From positions 1,344,001 to 1,408,000 of the forward strand of contig CAXXXD010000003.1 in NCBI GenBank assembly GCA_963663385.2: 64,000 nt of DNA. The letters are read 5' to 3'. A program made the position numbers and the translations under genes. Below are positions 58,224-64,000 of the stretch, one piece after another (within the stretch, counting starts at the first letter, position 1; every line of letters starts with the position of its first letter). The notes under the pieces were generated by a model. It was not told where the DNA came from. It did no database searches and worked only from the letters and a program-made list of their open reading frames with translations. This DNA is from Oceanispirochaeta sp. Its GTDB lineage: Bacteria > Spirochaetota > Spirochaetia > DSM-2461.

Positions 58224-59241
58224 AACTTTAAGCTGTCTGATTTTTTCACTACTGGTAGTCCTTCCTTTTTTTGGTGCAGAACAGAAGGATAACAACTATA
58301 ATCTTTCCTTTGACGAGGAAAAAGCTGTCTGGGAGATGCACTATAGTTATAAAGGTAAACTCTACTCCCTTTTTGAGAACCGCGACCCGGGAACCTCCTA
58401 CATGACAGTAAAGCTGAATGACAGAACGTACAGGCTTCAAAAAAGTGCTTTCTTCAATCAGCACCTTGAGGAATACCCCGGATTGATAATCCTCCACTGG
58501 AGCAACAAAATACTGCATGTAACTCAATCTATCCAGGTAGACCATCAGATTAAGGGATTCAGAGTGAATATTTCCGTCAGAAATCTTTCCAAGAACTACC
58601 TGTCAATCGGATTAAAACAGATCATTGATATTTTCAACAATACCAAAGGCCCCGACTTCCTGATAGATGGAGACAAACCGGTAGATTCAGAGAAAAGCTG
58701 GTCTGACGGCGACATTCCCGCCTACTGGGAAACGCCCCCTGCAGAAAATAGTGATTTCCGTTTATCTTTTACTCCATTTGGAGACAGGAAGCCGGATCAG
58801 ATAATTTTCTCCAACTGGAAAAGGCTGAGTGATTCCGACTGGGATTTCAACATACGGGAGGGGAGGGATTTTTCTCTGTTACCTTATTCAATTGATGATT
58901 CTGCCGCCGGCATTTATTACAACCCTGTATCGATTCCTCCCGGCACAGAAATTTCAGTACAGTTCGCTCTGACAGCGGGCGGTCCAGCATTAACCCTTCT
59001 CGATAATGATCTGGAACCGGAAAAGGAAATATCAATTCCCAAAGCTGTGCCTGTATCGGAAAAAAGCCTTATCCTCAATTATTCCTTTCAGTACGATCTG
59101 GAAATGATCGATGAATTTATTAATGAGATAAACACTCTTCTACAGTTGGAGAATCCGGTTTACAATACACAGATTGAATACTATCTGGGGGAACTGGAAA
59201 AACTGAAGCAGAAACTTTCTCACTATGAAGATATACAATAA
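58216..59241 (+). CDS. Hypothetical exported protein
   Basis: Signal peptide, beta-rich core, helical tail; overlaps both neighbours. Confidence 0.7.
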   Translation: MNRTLSCLIFSLLVVLPFFGAEQKDNNYNLSFDEEKAVWEMHYSYKGKLYSLFENRDPGTSYMTVKLNDRTYRLQKSAFFNQHLEEYPGLIILHWSNKILHVTQSIQVDHQIKGFRVNISVRNLSKNYLSIGLKQIIDIFNNTKGPDFLIDGDKPVDSEKSWSDGDIPAYWETPPAENSDFRLSFTPFGDRKPDQIIFSNWKRLSDSDWDFNIREGRDFSLLPYSIDDSAAGIYYNPVSIPPGTEISVQFALTAGGPALTLLDNDLEPEKEISIPKAVPVSEKSLILNYSFQYDLEMIDEFINEINTLLQLENPVYNTQIEYYLGELEKLKQKLSHYEDIQ

Positions 59242-60316
59242 AACCTTAAAAAAAGCTCATAATTATCTCAAATCCGGACAATTCAGCAGGGTTATTTCCC
59301 TGCTGGAACCCAAGGTGCCTCTATTTATAGAAAATTATCATTTTTACTACCTGCTGGGTGTTTCCTGTTTTTATTCCGGTGATATCGGTGGTGCGGAAAC
59401 CTATCTAAAGCGAGCCATTCAGGTTAACAGAAAAGCGGAAGAACCCCGCCTGTTTCTTGCCTCTGTATATTTAAAGAAAAAAGATACCACAGAAGCTGTT
59501 AGAATCTGGCTGGGACTGCTTGATTTGAACCCCGCCTGTAAAAAAGCAAAAAAGGGACTGAACAGGATCCGCAGGATATCAGACCAGGAGCTGCTTAATA
59601 CATTTCTGGACAAGGGAAGTTTCAGTTTTATTCTTCCCCGGACAAAAAGATGGCTGCCCGGATGGGTTCCTTTAGCTCTCGCACTGCTTTTTACTCTGAT
59701 CGTTCTCTACCTTTCATCCTCACAATGGTTCCCGCTGCTGAACAGTTATCAAAAGCCGAACAGGGAGAATCTTCCGTATCTTTATAAGGAGATAACAGAT
59801 GATGGAATCAAAAGTAACACTGCTTTTCAATATGAATTTGTATTAACAGAAGATGAAATAAAAAAGTCTCTTAAACTGGCACAGCAGCTGTTTGATGATT
59901 TCAGAGACAATGAAGCAAGAAAAGAGATTAATCGCCTGAAAAAGTCAAATGCAGGAGAACAGGTTAAATTAAAAGCACAGATGCTGGAAAGCTATCTTAA
60001 AGAACCGGATATAACAACTCTGAAGAGCCACTTCACCTATGAAGAGATCATCCGGACTCCCCATCTATATGAAAACTGTTCCATCCTCTGGAAGGGCAGA
60101 TTCTCCAATCTGTCCTGCACGGATGAAAAGATTGAGTTTGATTTCCTGATAGGATACGAGGATTCGAAAGTACTGAAGGGAATTGTTCCGGTTACAGTTA
60201 ATTATCCAGTATCCCTTGATCCGTCCTATCCTCTGGAACTATTGGGCACAGTTGAAGTTCTACCCGACAATTCAATTCGCTTGCATGCCGTAGCAGTTCA
60301 TAATATTATTGAATAA
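59225..60316 (+). CDS. TPR protein with central TM helix
   Basis: N-terminal TPRs (YYLLGVSCFYSGD..GAETYLKRA), TM WVPLALALLFTLIVLYL. Confidence 0.7.
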   Translation: MKIYNKTLKKAHNYLKSGQFSRVISLLEPKVPLFIENYHFYYLLGVSCFYSGDIGGAETYLKRAIQVNRKAEEPRLFLASVYLKKKDTTEAVRIWLGLLDLNPACKKAKKGLNRIRRISDQELLNTFLDKGSFSFILPRTKRWLPGWVPLALALLFTLIVLYLSSSQWFPLLNSYQKPNRENLPYLYKEITDDGIKSNTAFQYEFVLTEDEIKKSLKLAQQLFDDFRDNEARKEINRLKKSNAGEQVKLKAQMLESYLKEPDITTLKSHFTYEEIIRTPHLYENCSILWKGRFSNLSCTDEKIEFDFLIGYEDSKVLKGIVPVTVNYPVSLDPSYPLELLGTVEVLPDNSIRLHAVAVHNIIE

Positions 60317-60450
60317 TATTATATTTGCTGTTAGGGTAGCAATACGCATGTTAAGTGCTTTTTCTATTTATCATAATGATACATTTTCTGAAGCGGAATT
60401 TATTTTATCATTGTTGATCAGGTAGATAGAAAACAGAAGGAGTTCAGTAG

Positions 60451-61548
60451 ATGTCGGAAAAACAAGCTAGTGTGGAAGAAAAAAATAAAGCAATAGAAGC
60501 AGCGCGGCTGCAGATAGAGAAACAGTTTGGAAAAGGATCGCTTATGAAAATGGGCGAACAAGCCAAACTTGAAGTGGAAGCCATCCCTACGGGTTCAATC
60601 CTTCTGGATGAAGCCCTTGGCGTAGGCGGTTTACCCAAAGGGAGAATCATTGAGATATATGGTCCTGAGTCTTCCGGTAAAACAACCCTTGCCCTCCATG
60701 CCATAGCGGAAGCCCAGAAACAGGGTGGAGTGGCAGCCTTTATTGATGCGGAACATGCCCTTGATCCGGTTTACGCCAAAGGACTAGGGGTTAATGTGGA
60801 TGACCTCTGGGTCTCTCAGCCGGATACGGGAGAACAGGCTCTTGAAATTACAGAATCCCTGGTACGATCCGGAGCCGTTGACATTATCGTTGTAGATTCT
60901 GTAGCAGCTCTGACACCACGTGCGGAAATTGAAGGAGACATGGGAGATTCCCATGTTGGACTTCAGGCCCGTCTTATGAGCCAGGCTCTACGGAAACTTA
61001 CCGGTATTATCTCCAAATCAAATGCCTCCCTGATTTTTATCAACCAGATTCGAATGAAAATCGGGGTGATGTTTGGGAATCCTGAAACAACAACCGGCGG
61101 CAATGCCCTCAAATTCTATGCATCGGTTCGCCTTGAGGTAAGAAAAATCGAAACCATTACAAAAGGTCAGGAGGATGCTATTGGAAACAAAGTCCGGGTA
61201 AAAGTGGTAAAAAACAAGGTAGCGCCTCCTTTCAGGAAAGTGGAACTGGAGATTATCTTCGGGAAAGGGATTTCCGCCAGTGCCAGCCTGCTGGATGCTT
61301 CCCTTAAATACAATCTGATACAGAAAAGCGGAAGCTGGTACTCTCTTGGAGAAGACCGTATAGGCCAGGGCCGTGATAATGTGAAGAAATACCTGGAAGA
61401 AAACAAGGTTATTACCGAAGATCTCTCTGCCCAATTGAGAACTTTAATGTTTCCAAAAAAGGAGGGAAAAAAAGCAGAAACAGCCCCTGAAGCAAAAAAA
61501 ACAGTGAAAAAAACAACACCGGCCGGTGCAGGTGATGGATTATTCTAA
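60451..61548 (+). CDS. recA: Recombinase A
   Basis: [34 protein letters not shown]. Confidence 0.98.
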   Translation: MSEKQASVEEKNKAIEAARLQIEKQFGKGSLMKMGEQAKLEVEAIPTGSILLDEALGVGGLPKGRIIEIYGPESSGKTTLALHAIAEAQKQGGVAAFIDAEHALDPVYAKGLGVNVDDLWVSQPDTGEQALEITESLVRSGAVDIIVVDSVAALTPRAEIEGDMGDSHVGLQARLMSQALRKLTGIISKSNASLIFINQIRMKIGVMFGNPETTTGGNALKFYASVRLEVRKIETITKGQEDAIGNKVRVKVVKNKVAPPFRKVELEIIFGKGISASASLLDASLKYNLIQKSGSWYSLGEDRIGQGRDNVKKYLEENKVITEDLSAQLRTLMFPKKEGKKAETAPEAKKTVKKTTPAGAGDGLF

Positions 61549-61549
61549 T

Positions 61550-62095
61550 ATGAAGAACAGACATCCCCGTGTCTACATAGGGATGGGTTCAAACCTCGGG
61601 GACCGGATGGCAACTCTTTTAAAAGCTGTCCGTAAAATGGATTCGTTTCTGAAAGATACACGATATTCGTCCATATGGGAAACGGCTCCTCAAATAGTCG
61701 AAGATCAGCCAGCCTTTTTGAATATGGTTTTCTGCGGTACGTTTTCCGGATCTCCCGAGGATCTGATAGAACGATTATGGGCCATTGAGAATGAAGCTGG
61801 CAGAAACCGAAAGAATGAAACCCCAAAGGGCCCCAGACCTCTGGATCTTGATATACTTCTATATGGAGAAGAACAGATCAACACAGAAATTCTGACAATT
61901 CCTCATCCTCTGATGAACAAAAGAGCTTTTGTTCTGGCACCTCTGACAGAAATTGAGGAAAATATTACAGAACCCTCATCGGGTATCCTCTACCGTAAAT
62001 ATCTCGATTCTATTGTAAATCAGGGTTTTATCTGTTATATAAATCAGCCTGAAATAGAAGTAATACTTGAAGAAAGCAAGGATCGTCATGTCTGA
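61550..62095 (+). CDS. folK: 2-amino-4-hydroxy-6-hydroxymethyldihydropteridine diphosphokinase
   Basis: GMGSNLGDR, FLN, GPRPLDLDILLY, IPHP..RAFVL.PL; start at 61550. Confidence 0.93.
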   Translation: MKNRHPRVYIGMGSNLGDRMATLLKAVRKMDSFLKDTRYSSIWETAPQIVEDQPAFLNMVFCGTFSGSPEDLIERLWAIENEAGRNRKNETPKGPRPLDLDILLYGEEQINTEILTIPHPLMNKRAFVLAPLTEIEENITEPSSGILYRKYLDSIVNQGFICYINQPEIEVILEESKDRHV

Positions 62096-62852
62096 TACCT
62101 ACAATTTCCAGCTGGAACAGTTTGAAGGCCCTCTGGACCTCCTGCTGTTTCTGATAAAAAAAAACGAAGTTAATATATATGATATTCCCATAACCAAAAT
62201 CACGGAACAATATCTGTCTTTTCTTCAATATTCCACATCTGTCAATCTGGAAAACATTACCGAGTTTTATGTATTGGCGTCAACTCTTCTTTATATTAAA
62301 TCCAGAATGCTTCTTCCGGTGGAAGTGGATTTTTCGGATGAAATTGAAGATCCGCGTGAAGAACTGGTTGCCAAACTTATTGATTACCAGAAGTTTAAGA
62401 AACTTTCAGAACTCATGTCCGAACAGGAAAAATCCACAGAATGGGTAATCGAACGAAAAAAAGATCAGCGGATGCTTCCATTTTCTCATGATGAAGACAT
62501 GTGGCAGGAAGTGGAAGTCTGGGAACTTCTTCAGAGTTTTTCCAAAATTATGGGAAACCTCACACAGGAAACTATAGTCAATTTATATGAAGAAGTATCA
62601 GTCAATGAAAAAATCACCCTCATTCAGGAACTCCTGGATGAAAAGGGAGAGTTTGCTTTTACAGATATCCTGATCAATCCCGAATCAATTATGGAAATTG
62701 TATGCGCATTTCTTGCCATCCTTGAATCTGTAAAAATGAAGATGATATTGGTTTATCAAAACCGCCTGTTTGGTGATATACTGATCAGAGCTTTAAATTT
62801 TAAGGAAGAGTTAAACAATCATGACCCTGAGCAGGGAACAGTCGATAATTGA
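62088..62852 (+). CDS. scpA: Segregation and condensation protein A
   Basis: FEGPLDLLL.LI, IKSRMLLP, FLAILE. Confidence 0.93.
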   Translation: MSDTYNFQLEQFEGPLDLLLFLIKKNEVNIYDIPITKITEQYLSFLQYSTSVNLENITEFYVLASTLLYIKSRMLLPVEVDFSDEIEDPREELVAKLIDYQKFKKLSELMSEQEKSTEWVIERKKDQRMLPFSHDEDMWQEVEVWELLQSFSKIMGNLTQETIVNLYEEVSVNEKITLIQELLDEKGEFAFTDILINPESIMEIVCAFLAILESVKMKMILVYQNRLFGDILIRALNFKEELNNHDPEQGTVDN

Positions 62853-63360
62853 AGCGATCCTTTTTCTGGAAAGTGATCCTGTAAATATTCAGCACCTGGT
62901 AAAAGTAAGCGGGCTTTCCCGCGATGCCATAAATGAAGTGCTGTCTCAATTGGAAGAACACTACAAAGGTACGGAACACGGTCTTTCCCTGATTGAAATG
63001 AACGAGGGATGGGTCCTGAGTCCTAAAGAGGAGCTTTGGGAACACCTTAAAGAACATTATGGAAAGAAAAATGATGACAAATTATCCCGAGCCGCTATGG
63101 AAACTTTATCCATAATAGCTTACTCTCAGCCACTGACAAAAGCGGAAATCGAAAACATCAGGGGAGTCTCTTCAGACAGCATGATTCGCCTTCTTATCAA
63201 AAAAAACCTGATAAAAGAGGTTGGAAAAAAAGATGTTCCCGGCAAGCCGATTCAATACGGCACTTCCAAGGATTTCCTGAAAATGTTCAGATTGAAAAGT
63301 ATAGCTGAGCTGCCTAAGCTGGATGAGGTGGAACAGCGCAGGTTTGAGTTAAATGGATAA
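62821..63360 (+). CDS. scpB: Segregation and condensation protein B
   Basis: IEAILF, LSRAAMETLSIIAY.QP, IRGV, YGTS..FL. Confidence 0.94.
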   Translation: MTLSREQSIIEAILFLESDPVNIQHLVKVSGLSRDAINEVLSQLEEHYKGTEHGLSLIEMNEGWVLSPKEELWEHLKEHYGKKNDDKLSRAAMETLSIIAYSQPLTKAEIENIRGVSSDSMIRLLIKKNLIKEVGKKDVPGKPIQYGTSKDFLKMFRLKSIAELPKLDEVEQRRFELNG

Positions 63361-64000
63361 TGAAAAAGAATTAGTTAGGCTTCAGTTATTTCTTGCCCGC
63401 TGCGGTGTCGGCTCAAGAAGGGCCTGTGAGGATTTCATAGCCGCAGGAAGGGTAATGGTAAACGGAAAAACCGTTTTAAAACCCGGAGTTAAAGTCAGTG
63501 TTGAAGATGAGGTTTTTTTTGACAACCACAGGGTAAAACCGACCACAAAGCATATATACCTGGCGCTCCATAAACCATCAGGTTTTATCTGTTCCAATCA
63601 GGACAGAGACGGAAGACCTCTTGCCATCGATCTGATAACCCCTTCGGTTAAGCAGAGACTTTTTAATGTCGGCCGGCTGGATTACATGACTTCCGGGCTG
63701 ATATTTTTTACAAATGACGGAGAGTTTGGTAAGGTAATGACTCATCCGTCTTCCCATGTGGAAAAAGAGTATATTGTTACATCCAAAAAAGAGATTCCCC
63801 TGGAGCTTATGGAACAGTTCCGTCGCGGAATGATGGTAAAAGGTGTTAAATACAAGCTTAAAAAATATACCTTCAAAGGGAAGAGAACAGTCAGTATCGT
63901 ACTGGAGGAAGGAAAGAACAACGAACTGAGAAAAGTATTTCTTTCAAGGAATATCACTATAAAAAGTATTCACAGAGTAAGAATAGGTTCAGTAAACCTG
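63353..64000 (+). CDS. rluB: rRNA pseudouridine synthase RluB/RsuA family, partial (runs off window)
   Basis: Not in ORF track; ATG at 63353 gives S4 domain RLQLFLARCGVGSRRACE and catalytic VGRLDYMTSGL; follows scpAB. Confidence 0.88.
   Translation, partial: MDNEKELVRLQLFLARCGVGSRRACEDFIAAGRVMVNGKTVLKPGVKVSVEDEVFFDNHRVKPTTKHIYLALHKPSGFICSNQDRDGRPLAIDLITPSVKQRLFNVGRLDYMTSGLIFFTNDGEFGKVMTHPSSHVEKEYIVTSKKEIPLELMEQFRRGMMVKGVKYKLKKYTFKGKRTVSIVLEEGKNNELRKVFLSRNITIKSIHRVRIGSVNL

Noticed and set aside
1..64000. Prophage, integrase, transposase, anti-phage defence genes, rRNA or tRNA
   Set aside because: No such motifs recognised; nearly all long ORFs are accounted for by housekeeping or envelope functions

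Overview
Chromosomal window from a free-living spirochaete (Spirochaetaceae/Oceanispirochaeta-like; inferred from the ~900-aa GreA, Maf pair and spirochaete-style hypotheticals). It is mostly housekeeping: end of an Mla/Mce ABC operon, a Thermotoga-like Na+-pyrophosphatase, nadA, proB, MdlAB-type exporter, polar and branched-chain amino-acid ABC importers, a purL-E-F-M-N-H-D operon, ttcA, cls, rnz, pfkA, greA, rpe, recA, folK, scpAB and rluB. I see no rRNA, tRNA, CRISPR array, prophage or intact transposase. The strongest leads are: (1) a tightly coupled three-gene operon of a catalytically eroded M20 hydrolase, glucosyl-3-phosphoglycerate synthase and an orphan ABC ATPase, with no phosphatase in the window; (2) a guanine-type purine riboswitch with junction variants and an apparently translational switch ahead of a Clostridia/Fusobacteria-like pur operon lacking purC; (3) an operon joining a 945-aa hyper-acidic protein with a 17x21-bp repeat, a GAF-like protein and two Maf-like proteins; (4) a duplicated-domain unknown protein co-transcribed with the Na+-PPase; (5) several structured intergenic elements and a radical-SAM remnant missed by the ORF track. 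All calls come from reading motifs by eye; no searches were run.
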